Of a stretch of DNA of 64,000 nt, positions 53,106 to 63,142 are shown in pieces. Each line of letters opens with the position of its first letter. Within the stretch, counting starts at the first letter, position 1. A program made the position numbers and the translations under genes. The DNA is from Myxococcota bacterium (GTDB lineage: Bacteria > Myxococcota_A > SURF-8), in the NCBI GenBank assembly GCA_965140415.1, contig OZ223209.1, positions 3,904,001-3,968,000 on the forward strand, in the 5' to 3' direction. Below the pieces are notes generated by a model. The model searched no databases, was not told the origin of the DNA, and worked only from the letters and a program-made list of their open reading frames with translations.

Positions 53106-54074
53106 ATGAAGCTGCGATTGCACATCGGCTTTCGTCTTTTTGTCCTGGCTATCACCCTAATCGTGCTAAGTGCCTGCGGTTCTTCCGTTATTCGCATCAC
53201 GGAAATGGAAATGGGAACTTTGAAAAACCTGCAACGCGCCACGTTCGAAGACAATGGAAGTGAAGCCGGTTTCAGTATTTGCGGAGATCTGGTTGCTTAT
53301 GCCAGCAATAAAGACGGCAACTGGGAAATTTACACGATGGAAAAAGGCAACCGGAGTGCCATCCGTAAAACCTCCAATTATTCCACAGACTTGTTCCCGA
53401 CTCTTTCTCCCGATTGTGAAAAGCTGGCCTTTGCTTCCGACCGGGAAGGCGAATTCAACATTTACGTGATTTCCGCCAAGCAGGCCTCTGCCGCCACCCG
53501 CCTGGGTGCCGGTACCAATCCGGTCTTCTCCTCCGACGGACACTATGTCTACTATCAGAAATGGCTGTCAACGGAACAGGCCGCCACCATCTGGCGTTAC
53601 GATCTGGAAACGAACCAGCATTCCCAGGTCGTGACCGGCATTCATCCGGCACCCTCTCCCGACAATAAATACCTTGCCTATACCAAGTACAATCAGAACA
53701 CCTGGCTGGCGGAAATCTGGATGCTGGAACTGGAAACTCAGCGTGAAATGGAACTGGTCAATTCCCGGGATTACCACCTGGTCAAGCCGGTCTGGTCGCC
53801 GGACGGAAAGAAGCTGGCATTTACCCGTTTCAGCGATTACAGCCCATACGATGATTACTACTATAATTACTACTTCACTTATGGTTGGTACTACGATGGA
53901 GAAATCGCCGTTGTAGACATCAATGGTTTGAACTTCAGCGTGCTGACCGACAACCCGGCCAACGATGTCGCTCTTGCCTGGTCGGAAGACGGAGGCATGT
54001 ATTTCCAAACCTACCGGGAACTGTCCATGGACATCTTCACGTTCACCCCGGCATTTGTTAAATTATCGAAGTAA
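53106..54074 (+). CDS. TolB-like PD40 beta-propeller lipoprotein
   Basis: Lipobox LSAC; repeated P..SPDG..LAF; ATG at 53106. Confidence 0.85.
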   Translation: MKLRLHIGFRLFVLAITLIVLSACGSSVIRITEMEMGTLKNLQRATFEDNGSEAGFSICGDLVAYASNKDGNWEIYTMEKGNRSAIRKTSNYSTDLFPTLSPDCEKLAFASDREGEFNIYVISAKQASAATRLGAGTNPVFSSDGHYVYYQKWLSTEQAATIWRYDLETNQHSQVVTGIHPAPSPDNKYLAYTKYNQNTWLAEIWMLELETQREMELVNSRDYHLVKPVWSPDGKKLAFTRFSDYSPYDDYYYNYYFTYGWYYDGEIAVVDINGLNFSVLTDNPANDVALAWSEDGGMYFQTYRELSMDIFTFTPAFVKLSK

Positions 54075-54232
54075 CAAGTTTCTGAGTTTGAACCTCCTAC
54101 CATAAAAGCCGGCCAGCCGTAACACCTCGCGCTGTGCCGGCTTCATTGACTTGACCGCAAAAGCCTGTTATCACCAGTGACGTATGTTTCAATCCGAATC
54201 GGAAGCCAGCAAGCCTGGCAAATGGATTTAAC

Positions 54233-55633
54233 GTGAAGGTATTACTAGTCAATCCGCCGCGCCTTGCTCCAAAGGAGATGGCCAAAAAGGTCCATGCACC
54301 ACAAAACCTGCTGTACCTTGCAACCAGCCTTGCCCAAAAAGGTGGGGAGGTGTCGATTCTGGATGCCAATGCGGAAAACCTGAATGAATCCGGCATTATC
54401 CAACGCATTGTGGACAGTGATGCAGAACTGGTCGGTTTCCCGGTCTTTTCGGATATTTTACATCCGACGGCGAAATTGATCGCCGCCACCCGGTCACGCT
54501 GCCCGGACATCAAGATTCTGCTTGGCGGCATTCACGTCACCGCAATACCGGAGCAAACCGCCCAACAAATCCCCCAGGCGGACTATCTACTTTCCGGCTA
54601 TGCGGAAGACAGCATCTGTCAATTGGTACAAGTCCTTGAAAACAATAGCAACCTGGACGAGATCGCCGGGTTGACCTATCGAAAAGACGGGCAAATCCAC
54701 ACCAGCCGCGTCGGTTCAACCTGCCCGGATGTCAACGCCTTGCCAATCGCCGACCGTAGTTTTGTACGAAAGCATATCGAGTCCGGGCGCTACTACCAGA
54801 TCTTCAATACACTGCCTTTCGACAGCATCGTAACGGGTCGCGGCTGCCCGCACCACTGCCACTTCTGTTACAATTCGGTGCGGGATCGCGTCCTGCTGCG
54901 TTCGGCGGAAAGCATTTACGAGGAAATCCTGTTGCGTTACCGCGAGGGAGTCCGTTTTCTGGATGTGGACGACGACAACTTCATGGTCAATCGAACCCGT
55001 GCCCGGAAAATCTTTTCCTGGATTCTGCGCGACAATTTAAAGTTACAGCTTTTCGTAAAATCCCGTACAGACACCATCGACAAGGAAATCCTGCAACTCG
55101 GGCGCAAAGCCGGAGTGAACATGATCAGTTTCGGCATCGAGTCCGGTTCCCAGCGAATGCTCGATGCCATGAATAAAGGCACCACGGTGCAGCAAAATGC
55201 ACAAGCCATCGCTCAAGCCCGCCGCCTGGGCATGTACGTACATACCGGCTTCTTCATCGGGTATCCAGGGGAAACACGGGAAACGATCAGTCAAAGCATT
55301 GCGTTCGTGCAGCGAAGCAAGCCGGATGCGTTCTCTGTCGATATTCTGAAACCCTACCCTGAAACCGTTGTGTATCGACAAAGCCAGCAAGAAGGCAATC
55401 TCATCGGAGACTGGAACGCAGAAAATCCCCAATGGCCGTGGGTCAAGCTGCCTTGGACGGCGAGTTACGAAGATCTGCTGAAAGAACGGTATCGTTTCCT
55501 GCGGCAATGCTATCTACGCCCTCATTATGCCTTTTCACTGCCTGCGCAAATTCTGCGAACCGCAAATCTTCGCATGGCGCGCTATGCCACAGAATCCCTG
55601 TTGAACCTCCTTAAAAACCGACTTCCTTTCTGA
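54233..55633 (+). CDS. Cobalamin-binding radical SAM protein
   Basis: KVLLVNPP, GGIH, RGCPHHCHFC, GIESGS, IGYPGET. Confidence 0.93.
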   Translation: MKVLLVNPPRLAPKEMAKKVHAPQNLLYLATSLAQKGGEVSILDANAENLNESGIIQRIVDSDAELVGFPVFSDILHPTAKLIAATRSRCPDIKILLGGIHVTAIPEQTAQQIPQADYLLSGYAEDSICQLVQVLENNSNLDEIAGLTYRKDGQIHTSRVGSTCPDVNALPIADRSFVRKHIESGRYYQIFNTLPFDSIVTGRGCPHHCHFCYNSVRDRVLLRSAESIYEEILLRYREGVRFLDVDDDNFMVNRTRARKIFSWILRDNLKLQLFVKSRTDTIDKEILQLGRKAGVNMISFGIESGSQRMLDAMNKGTTVQQNAQAIAQARRLGMYVHTGFFIGYPGETRETISQSIAFVQRSKPDAFSVDILKPYPETVVYRQSQQEGNLIGDWNAENPQWPWVKLPWTASYEDLLKERYRFLRQCYLRPHYAFSLPAQILRTANLRMARYATESLLNLLKNRLPF

Positions 55634-55731
55634 ATTCCAAGCGCGAGCACATCACCCCAAGATAATCATTGCCTACTCACCGTGATTGTGAGAAAAATGA
55701 CGATGAACGTGATACGAATTGATTCGAGCAC

Positions 55732-56787
55732 TTGCTGAACCGGAAACGAGAAGGAAGCGGTGTTGTCTTGAAATTGAACGTCTTACGAAAACTCGGACGA
55801 GAAGCAAAAGTTGCCGCCCGCATTCTGGAAAGCCACTACTGGGGCAGCAAACGCCCCCTGTTCGTCAGTTGGGCGATTACCAGTCGTTGCAACATGCACT
55901 GCCGCTATTGCGATACGCATGAGTATCATGGCAAAGAACTCCCACTGGGAATCAACCTGTCGCTGGTCGATCAGATCGCACAGGCAGAGACGTACTGGCT
56001 GCATTTCACCGGCGGAGAACCGCTGATCTATCCGGGAATCGAGAAAATTTTCAAACGCGCCTGGCAACAGGGGTTGCGCACAACGTTGGGCAGCAACGGG
56101 CTGCTCGTTCCAGCCAAACTCGATGCGCTGCAATACGTTCACAGTCTGTCGCTTAGCCTCGACGGTCGCCGCGAAATCAACGACGAGCTACGAGGCCAAG
56201 GCGCCTACGACGCCACCTTGCAGGCAGCAAAACTCTGCAAGCAAAACGATATCCCGATCAAGTTCACTGCCGTCTTGACCAAGCACAACTTGCAGGAAAT
56301 CGACTTCGTACTGGATATCGCATCGCAATTCGAGGCAAGAGTCACCTTTCAACCCGCTCACGAAAAGAAATTGTGGAGCGATCAATCCAACCCGACCCTA
56401 CCCGATCTGGGATTGTACCGGGATGTCATCGATACCTTGATCGAGCGGCGCAAGCAGAATCAACCTGTTGGAAACTCCATCGCAGCACTGGAACACCTGC
56501 GACATTGGCCGGAACCGACTCCCCGCACCTGCGTGGGCGGAGTGATATTCTGCCGATTGATGCCCAACGGCGACGTTCTTCCTTGCCTGCGGGCGGAGAA
56601 GGAACACACCTCGAAACTCAATGCAACACAATTGGGTTTCAAACGAGCCTTTTTGGGAGTGGACAGCGTCTGGTGTCATAACTGCTGGGCCAGTGCCCTG
56701 GTGGAAGCCTCACTGGTACTCGATTTGAATTTCGACAGTTGGATCAAAGCGGCAGACGGTCGCCTGGTGGAACACTTTCACAAATGA
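55732..56787 (+). CDS. Radical SAM protein with twitch/SPASM-type C-terminal Cys cluster
   Basis: CNMHCRYC, TGGEP, SLDG, CxxG...GDVLPC...CHNCW; true start may be TTG near 55768. Confidence 0.9.
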   Translation: MLNRKREGSGVVLKLNVLRKLGREAKVAARILESHYWGSKRPLFVSWAITSRCNMHCRYCDTHEYHGKELPLGINLSLVDQIAQAETYWLHFTGGEPLIYPGIEKIFKRAWQQGLRTTLGSNGLLVPAKLDALQYVHSLSLSLDGRREINDELRGQGAYDATLQAAKLCKQNDIPIKFTAVLTKHNLQEIDFVLDIASQFEARVTFQPAHEKKLWSDQSNPTLPDLGLYRDVIDTLIERRKQNQPVGNSIAALEHLRHWPEPTPRTCVGGVIFCRLMPNGDVLPCLRAEKEHTSKLNATQLGFKRAFLGVDSVWCHNCWASALVEASLVLDLNFDSWIKAADGRLVEHFHK

Positions 56788-58259
56788 TGACATTGAGATC
56801 AAAACTCCGCTTCACTCGCTCTGCTAAATCCGATGTTTCCGGGCATCCACTGGCGGTGTTTATCCGCGTGCCTTCCTGGCTAGGGCGCACGGAGCGCCAT
56901 CCGGAAAACTGCGAAGCACCCATCGATTTAGGAATCGCTGCCGCTCTCGTGGAGCAGGATGGCTGGTGGGCGGACATTCTGGATCTGGAAACGGGCAGCT
57001 ATACTCTTGAATCGGTTCGCACCTGGTTTACGCTTCACCAGCCGGAACTGGTCGTGCTTAGCGGCATTACTCCTGCGGCTGAAAACATGCTGCTTTTAGC
57101 GAAAACGGCGAAAGCGATCAAGCAGGATTGCTGCATCATCGCCTGTGGCCAACATGCCGATGCCCTGCCTGAATCGCTGCTGTTCGAGCAGTCGCCAATA
57201 GACCTGTGCGCCAAAGGCGAATTCGAGGAAACAATTCGCGATCTGGCTCGTGCATTGTGCACAGACGCGACGATTACGGTTGCAGGAACCCGCTCGTTTC
57301 GCCAGGGAAAGGTCGTCACGCATGGACGTCGCCCGTTGATACAAGATCTGGATGCCCTACCCTTTCCCCTGCATCGCTTTTTTCTGAATCGCCATTACCG
57401 CTACCTGCACCCCATGACGTTAGTGGGACGCTATCGCTGGGGATTCATTCAGGGCAGCCGGGGCTGTCCTTACCATTGCCTGTATTGCTCCAAAGCGCTG
57501 CGCACCTCCTTCGGGCATTCTATGCGTTCCCGCTCGGCGGCCAGTATCGTGGCGGAGATACGCCACCTGCAAAGCCAGGGTGTCAATGTACTCGTATTTA
57601 CGGACGATTTCTTCAATCACTCGAAAGAGCGTGTATTGGAGCTATGCGAAGAAATCCGCAGGAACGACATTCGCATCCACTGGACCGCCCAGGGGCGAGT
57701 ACGCCCGACTGACCCGGAACTTTTTCAGGCTATGAAAGTCTCCGGTTGTTCGACGTTCAGCATGGGCGTGGAAAGCGGCTCCCCCCGCATCCTGCAAACC
57801 TTGAAGAAAAAAGCCGAAGCAGAAGAAGCAGTAGCAGCTTTTCGATATGCACGCGAAGCAGGCTTGTTGACCGTCGGTTTTTTCATGGTGGGATCGCCAG
57901 GAGAAACCGAAGACGATTTCCTGCAAACCAAACAATTGCTGCACCGTCTGGACCCGGATATTTTGCAGGTCGCCTTTTTCACCTGCTATCCGGGGGCGGA
58001 AGCTTATCGCCTATATCGTGAGCGCTTACCAGAAGACTGGCGCGCTTTTCAACACTATGAAACCCTAAGTAACCTCAGCGCGGTTTCCGATGAACGGGTT
58101 CGGCAATGGCAACGCAGCCTGTATCGGGATTTTCTGCTGCGACCGAGTTATGTACTGCGCTACTTGCGCCTGAAGCACATCAACCTGCTTCTGAATCTCG
58201 ATACGGAAGGCTTTCTGGCGCTTCAAGCCGCACGTTTTCTTTTTTCGCGAAAATCGTAA
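56784..58259 (+). CDS. Cobalamin-binding radical SAM protein
   Basis: CGQH, GEFE, SRGCPYHCLYC, GVESGS, GSPGET; ATGA overlap with the upstream stop. Confidence 0.92.
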   Translation: MMTLRSKLRFTRSAKSDVSGHPLAVFIRVPSWLGRTERHPENCEAPIDLGIAAALVEQDGWWADILDLETGSYTLESVRTWFTLHQPELVVLSGITPAAENMLLLAKTAKAIKQDCCIIACGQHADALPESLLFEQSPIDLCAKGEFEETIRDLARALCTDATITVAGTRSFRQGKVVTHGRRPLIQDLDALPFPLHRFFLNRHYRYLHPMTLVGRYRWGFIQGSRGCPYHCLYCSKALRTSFGHSMRSRSAASIVAEIRHLQSQGVNVLVFTDDFFNHSKERVLELCEEIRRNDIRIHWTAQGRVRPTDPELFQAMKVSGCSTFSMGVESGSPRILQTLKKKAEAEEAVAAFRYAREAGLLTVGFFMVGSPGETEDDFLQTKQLLHRLDPDILQVAFFTCYPGAEAYRLYRERLPEDWRAFQHYETLSNLSAVSDERVRQWQRSLYRDFLLRPSYVLRYLRLKHINLLLNLDTEGFLALQAARFLFSRKS

Positions 58260-58269
58260 AGGTCACTCG

Positions 58270-59487
58270 ATGCTGCTTCCTCCACAACCCAGACGACGCA
58301 TCGCGATGTCACGGCGTAAATACGCCGCCCTGCTGCAAGCCATGACCGAGCCCGCCGACCCACACGATATCGAACGCTTCGAGTCCCAATTTACTCGCTG
58401 GACTCCCGGCTGCTCCGTATGCGCCACTTCTTCGGGAAGCCAGGCCCTTTCGCTATTGTTGACACATCTTGGTGTACAAGCCGGGCAACAGGTGCTGCTT
58501 CCTGCCTATACCGATGAAAGCGTGATCGGAGTCTTGGGACGCTTACAGCTACAACCGGTATTCGTCGATATCGATCCAGAAACTCACACTATAGACCTCG
58601 ATCTGGCCGCAAAACGAATCGGAAGCGATACGCGAGTGTTGATGGTCACGCATCTGTTCGGCAATCCAGCCGATATGGACGGTGCAATCAAGTTGGCCAA
58701 ACAACATAATCTGCTGCTTATCGAAGACTGCGCCCACGCCATCGGCACAATGGCGGAGGGAAATCCTGTTGGGACGATGGGAGACGGTGCTCTGTTCAGT
58801 TTCAGTTCCACCAAACCTTTCGGTACCTTCGGAGGAGGACTGGCAGTAACGCGCCACCATGACATTGGCCTGAAGATTCGACAGGAGATGCTGGGCAAGT
58901 CGGTGCAACCTACCAAAAAGCTCGTCTCGGAGGTGCTGTTTACAGAATTGATCGATCTGGTTACGCATCCACTGCTTTTCAGTGGTGCGCCTTACGGCTT
59001 GTTGAGGCTATTGGATCGCTTGCAGGTGGAACCGATCGATTTATATAAACACCTACATAACAACATGCCAAAACACACCGATACACAGTGGTCGGCCTTT
59101 CAAGCCCGGCTGGCTATGCGTCTACTCGATTTTCTACCCGCCGACATCGAATTGCGCATTCGGCGCGGCGAAGAAGCAATAATAGTACTGGGAGCGGATC
59201 GGGTTATCCACTCCAACCGTCCCGGCGACAAACCCGTTTTCTACTTTCTTTTGGTTCGCAGTAACAACCGGCGGGCGCTGGCACGCTACCTGCTCAAGCA
59301 TGGCATCGATACCGGACACAGCGTCATGAGGCACTGTGCAACCTTATGGGGCGACGACAAAGCTTATCCGGAAACGGAACGCGCCATCTGCGAAACAATT
59401 CAAATTCCACACCACGAACGCCTTAGTAACGAGGCTTTCGCCCGGATACTGGAAATTACACGTCAGGGAATAGAAGCAACCGATTAG
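58270..59487 (+). CDS. DegT/DnrJ/EryC1/StrS family aminotransferase
   Basis: SGS.AL, PVFVDI, HLFG, IEDCAH, FSFSSTK (PLP Lys), GGG. Confidence 0.92.
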   Translation: MLLPPQPRRRIAMSRRKYAALLQAMTEPADPHDIERFESQFTRWTPGCSVCATSSGSQALSLLLTHLGVQAGQQVLLPAYTDESVIGVLGRLQLQPVFVDIDPETHTIDLDLAAKRIGSDTRVLMVTHLFGNPADMDGAIKLAKQHNLLLIEDCAHAIGTMAEGNPVGTMGDGALFSFSSTKPFGTFGGGLAVTRHHDIGLKIRQEMLGKSVQPTKKLVSEVLFTELIDLVTHPLLFSGAPYGLLRLLDRLQVEPIDLYKHLHNNMPKHTDTQWSAFQARLAMRLLDFLPADIELRIRRGEEAIIVLGADRVIHSNRPGDKPVFYFLLVRSNNRRALARYLLKHGIDTGHSVMRHCATLWGDDKAYPETERAICETIQIPHHERLSNEAFARILEITRQGIEATD

Positions 59488-59508
59488 GAAACAATTACAA
59501 CGTTTTCA

Positions 59509-60681
59509 TCAAACCATTTTATGGGTATCAAGACCTTCCGTTCGTTTTTCGAACAACCAGCGTAAACCACGTTTACATGACAGCGGCATCGCAGCGGTGG
59601 GACAGACATGATGGCAGGCATAGCAACGAATGCAGGCATCTCCGATGATCAGCCCGGACGGCTTCAGGCGGATACAATCGACCGGGCAGACATCGATGCA
59701 TTTACGGCAGCGATTGCATAAGCTCGGATCGTGTTTCACATTAACGACATGACCTCTCGTCCAATAATGCAACCAGGTAATCAATCGAGTGCGTTCTTCC
59801 CAGTCACGCTTCGGCTTGACGAAGCGTACCCGCGCATTTTCCAGGGATTCGCCGAGAATTTCTATATCTTCCTGAGAGCTTGGACCCTCACCGCGTTTCG
59901 CGGCGAGGCTGCACAAGGGAACCTCATGCGGATCGAAACCGACCATCAAGGCACTTGCAAAATCGACCGCAGTCAGATCCTCTCCGGCAAGCACCAAACC
60001 TGAAGACTGCGGCTTTGGGCCCACACCCGGACCGCGTCCCGAAAGTCCCCAGATACCGTCTACAATTGCTCCGTGCAGAGGTAATCCGATACGCAGTAGC
60101 GCAACATACAACTCCATGATGCTCTGGCAGAACTCATCCACTCCCGTTGCTCGGTTGTGCAACTCGCACTTGGTCGCTCCCGGAAGCAAGCCAATCAATC
60201 CTTTCACCGCACCGGTCAAGGTGGTGAACGTGTGTGTTTTCAATTTAGGGAGTTGAATAATGGAATCCACTTCAAACAAAAGACGTGGAACGAATACGGA
60301 AAAAGGCCGCTCACTATCCACCTCGATTTTCCGAAACGGACCTTCATCGAAATTGACGGTGCACCCGCCTGCGCCCCGAACGGCATTCGCCATGCCACTG
60401 GCTTGCATGACCTCATCGGTAAATCCTACGATTCCCGAACTGTCACCCACCAGCACTTCGCAATCTCGCTTGATAAGAAGACGTACAAGCGCCGCGACGA
60501 AATCCGGGTGCGTGGTATTGCATTCGGAAGGTGAAGTCCCCTTCATCATATTCACCTTCAGCAGTACCCGTTTACCTTGTAAACGCGCTCCCATGCCGGT
60601 TAAGTTCAGCACTTCTGCTAAAGCACCTTCACAATTCGTGTAGCTGCGTTGAATTTGGCAGGCAACAGTATAGCGGCTCAT
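59509..60681 (-). CDS. DUF362 protein with C-terminal 2x[4Fe-4S] ferredoxin
   Basis: VLLKVN, TTHP, PKLKTH, TGAVK; CxxCxxCxxxCP twice; ATGA overlap with the upstream stop. Confidence 0.9.
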   Translation of the reverse strand: MSRYTVACQIQRSYTNCEGALAEVLNLTGMGARLQGKRVLLKVNMMKGTSPSECNTTHPDFVAALVRLLIKRDCEVLVGDSSGIVGFTDEVMQASGMANAVRGAGGCTVNFDEGPFRKIEVDSERPFSVFVPRLLFEVDSIIQLPKLKTHTFTTLTGAVKGLIGLLPGATKCELHNRATGVDEFCQSIMELYVALLRIGLPLHGAIVDGIWGLSGRGPGVGPKPQSSGLVLAGEDLTAVDFASALMVGFDPHEVPLCSLAAKRGEGPSSQEDIEILGESLENARVRFVKPKRDWEERTRLITWLHYWTRGHVVNVKHDPSLCNRCRKCIDVCPVDCIRLKPSGLIIGDACIRCYACHHVCPTAAMPLSCKRGLRWLFEKRTEGLDTHKMV

Positions 60682-62882
60682 GGCGCAGTTCCCTGCATCC
60701 GCCAGGCCAACCAATAGGAACGAATCCCCAACACGGACAGAAACAGGCACACGAGCAAGCCAATGAGTGCCAGTGTGCCACCAATCAGGAACGAAAGAGG
60801 ACTATAGCTGTAAACAATCTTATGCCTGCCTTCCCCAACCGGCGTAAGCCTGAAAGAACCGTTCGCCAAAATCGTCTCGGCAGGTTCACCATCAATAGTA
60901 GCTTCCCAACCAGGATATTTGTTGTCAACCAACAACAGGTACGCGGGTTGCAAGGCATTGACTTCCACTTCCACCCGACTGGCGCGATACTTGGATATCG
61001 TCGCTGTTCCAAGTTCGACCGGTTCTTTGGGGCAATCGAGAAGTTCATGCCCGGCGGCATCATCCTGTGTTACAATCGCACAACTTTGTGGTTTGAAGTC
61101 CATTGCCGCCACCCTTTGATACGCACTGGCAATATCCTTGACAACATGCGCTCCAGCAACAAGAAACGCTCGTGGCAGCACGTTTGTATTTTCATAAATG
61201 TAATATCCAAACTTGGGAGCATAACAATACTCTTCGGGTTCTGACACAAGCAAACTCAAGCCGGGAACATCCACGGGTTCGCCGCATAACACATAGCGAA
61301 CATTCAGCATGTTCAATGCAGGCAATCGCAGACTGTGTTCTTTATCCAAAAATCGTATACGATAATCAAACAGGTTATCGGCGTAAACGCCCGGTTCGAT
61401 GGCATTCATCAATCTGGCGTATCGTCCAAACAGCAGCGAATCGTACCCCTGAGCATCAGCCAGGTTGAACACCATGTTGAAATTACACTGTATTGCAGTC
61501 GTGCGATATCGCACGAACCGATCCAACATTTTTCCCTTCTGCAACGTTTCAACACAAGGAAGGATTGGAGCCACGGTTTTAGGAATGGCAGATTCATTGA
61601 CCAGCGCACTAGAATACGAAGGCATGTACAAATAGAGAGGACCTATTAACAACAACAATAACAACTGAGGTATCCAGCGAGAAAAGCGTTCGATTCCGAA
61701 TGCCATAAGAATGGGCACGAAAACCGAATATGGAATGTAAATGAAGTTCTCTTCGATTTTGAAACGATCGTAGTACGGCAAAAGATAATATATAACTTTG
61801 TAAAATAACCCGCCATTGCTGATCAGCAGCGCCAGTAATGCCAAGACAAGCATGCTCAGTGGTACCCACTTGCGCTGCAAACCTCCTATCAGAGCCAGAA
61901 CAAGAACGATACTGCACAAATCTTTGCCGTGATAAACACGACCGAGCATCACATCGAGAATTTCCCTGAGCATCAATCGCGTGGACATAATGCCATCGTA
62001 AACATATTGACGAGTGGACATTTCTACAAGTTCGGTAGCCGTAAAAATCTGCAATGCGCCGATTAACGCTCCTAGAATGAAAATTGCCATCACCCGCCGA
62101 AACAGCACCAAGGCCTCGCTTTTACCCTGCTCATCCCACTTATGCCAAACAGCGATCAGAGCATAGATACCCCAGAACAACCATGCATTATACGTTACTT
62201 GAATATCACCACCATAGAATCCAGCACCGAAAAAGAAAGCAGCCAATGCAACCCATATCGGACTTTTTCTTTTCAGCGCCAGAACGAGAAAGAATAGAGA
62301 CACCACTCCCAAGCTACGCGTTTCCAGATTGGCAGGAGAACCGATAATGTCATTCTGAATCGTTTCCCAGGCAAAATAGCTTGCAGCCGCCACAGATCCG
62401 GCCAATCCGATCTTTTCTGATACGCACATTCCATATATTGCCAAAGTGGAGACAATCACAAGAAAAATGATCGCCCAGGTCATCGCAGTTAAAGTATCGG
62501 GGATCCATAAGAAAAGCAGCGTAGTCAAAGCCAGGGCTTTGCTCTGGCAATTGGCTAATAGCGGATATCCTCCAGCAGACCAGGGATTCCAGAGGGGAAA
62601 CTCTCCTTGACGCAATTGCTGCCGCGCTTCATTGGTCCATGCGTAGTATTGCTCCGTCTGATCCTCGAAGGCGCTGAGTTTATAGACCATCGAACCGGAA
62701 AGCATGATCACACGCTCCCCGCTGGCCACCGGCCACAACATATTCAAACAGAACCCCACAAGGAAAGTGATACCGACCACATGTCGCCATCCCGATTTCC
62801 CAAGAAATTCCGAAAACTTTGATATTACTCGAAAGAAAGTCATCTCTTTTTGCGCTATCCCATTCGACTTCAGTACATGCAA
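60678..62882 (-). CDS. YfhO-family polytopic membrane protein (GT-C glycosyltransferase-like)
   Basis: PLWNPW..G.PLLAN, many TMs, GYD, LNVRY, YEN..LPRA, YPGW.A.IDG. Confidence 0.85.
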   Translation of the reverse strand: MHVLKSNGIAQKEMTFFRVISKFSEFLGKSGWRHVVGITFLVGFCLNMLWPVASGERVIMLSGSMVYKLSAFEDQTEQYYAWTNEARQQLRQGEFPLWNPWSAGGYPLLANCQSKALALTTLLFLWIPDTLTAMTWAIIFLVIVSTLAIYGMCVSEKIGLAGSVAAASYFAWETIQNDIIGSPANLETRSLGVVSLFFLVLALKRKSPIWVALAAFFFGAGFYGGDIQVTYNAWLFWGIYALIAVWHKWDEQGKSEALVLFRRVMAIFILGALIGALQIFTATELVEMSTRQYVYDGIMSTRLMLREILDVMLGRVYHGKDLCSIVLVLALIGGLQRKWVPLSMLVLALLALLISNGGLFYKVIYYLLPYYDRFKIEENFIYIPYSVFVPILMAFGIERFSRWIPQLLLLLLIGPLYLYMPSYSSALVNESAIPKTVAPILPCVETLQKGKMLDRFVRYRTTAIQCNFNMVFNLADAQGYDSLLFGRYARLMNAIEPGVYADNLFDYRIRFLDKEHSLRLPALNMLNVRYVLCGEPVDVPGLSLLVSEPEEYCYAPKFGYYIYENTNVLPRAFLVAGAHVVKDIASAYQRVAAMDFKPQSCAIVTQDDAAGHELLDCPKEPVELGTATISKYRASRVEVEVNALQPAYLLLVDNKYPGWEATIDGEPAETILANGSFRLTPVGEGRHKIVYSYSPLSFLIGGTLALIGLLVCLFLSVLGIRSYWLAWRMQGTAP

Positions 62883-63142
62883 AGCCTGGAAAATCCGGTT
62901 TCAACTATCGGAAGTTCATATTCCAAGCGAATCTTATCACAGACAAAGCAAAAGCAGCAACGAGCTTTGCCACCTTTGAATAAGGAACATTCACCTTCAA
63001 TCTCTTGGATAGAAGAGAAACAAGCTACACTTTCACGCATAAGCACGTCCTTCTCCTTTCCCGAGCTTGACTTTTTCCCATAAGTTTGACAAGGTTCCTT
63101 CACGAAAACGGCTGAAACCTGAATCAGACAGGAGCGTGCGGA

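Noticed and set aside
53838-53894. TAC/TAT-rich tract as a diversity-generating retroelement variable region
   Set aside because: No template repeat or reverse transcriptase in the window, and it is not an AAY-based pattern at a C-terminus.
54233-59487. Radical SAM operon as a hopanoid (hpnH/J/P/O) or RiPP cluster
   Set aside because: No squalene-hopene cyclase, precursor peptide or RRE is seen. The aminotransferase is DegT-type rather than the class-III HpnO type. A role with distant genes cannot be excluded.
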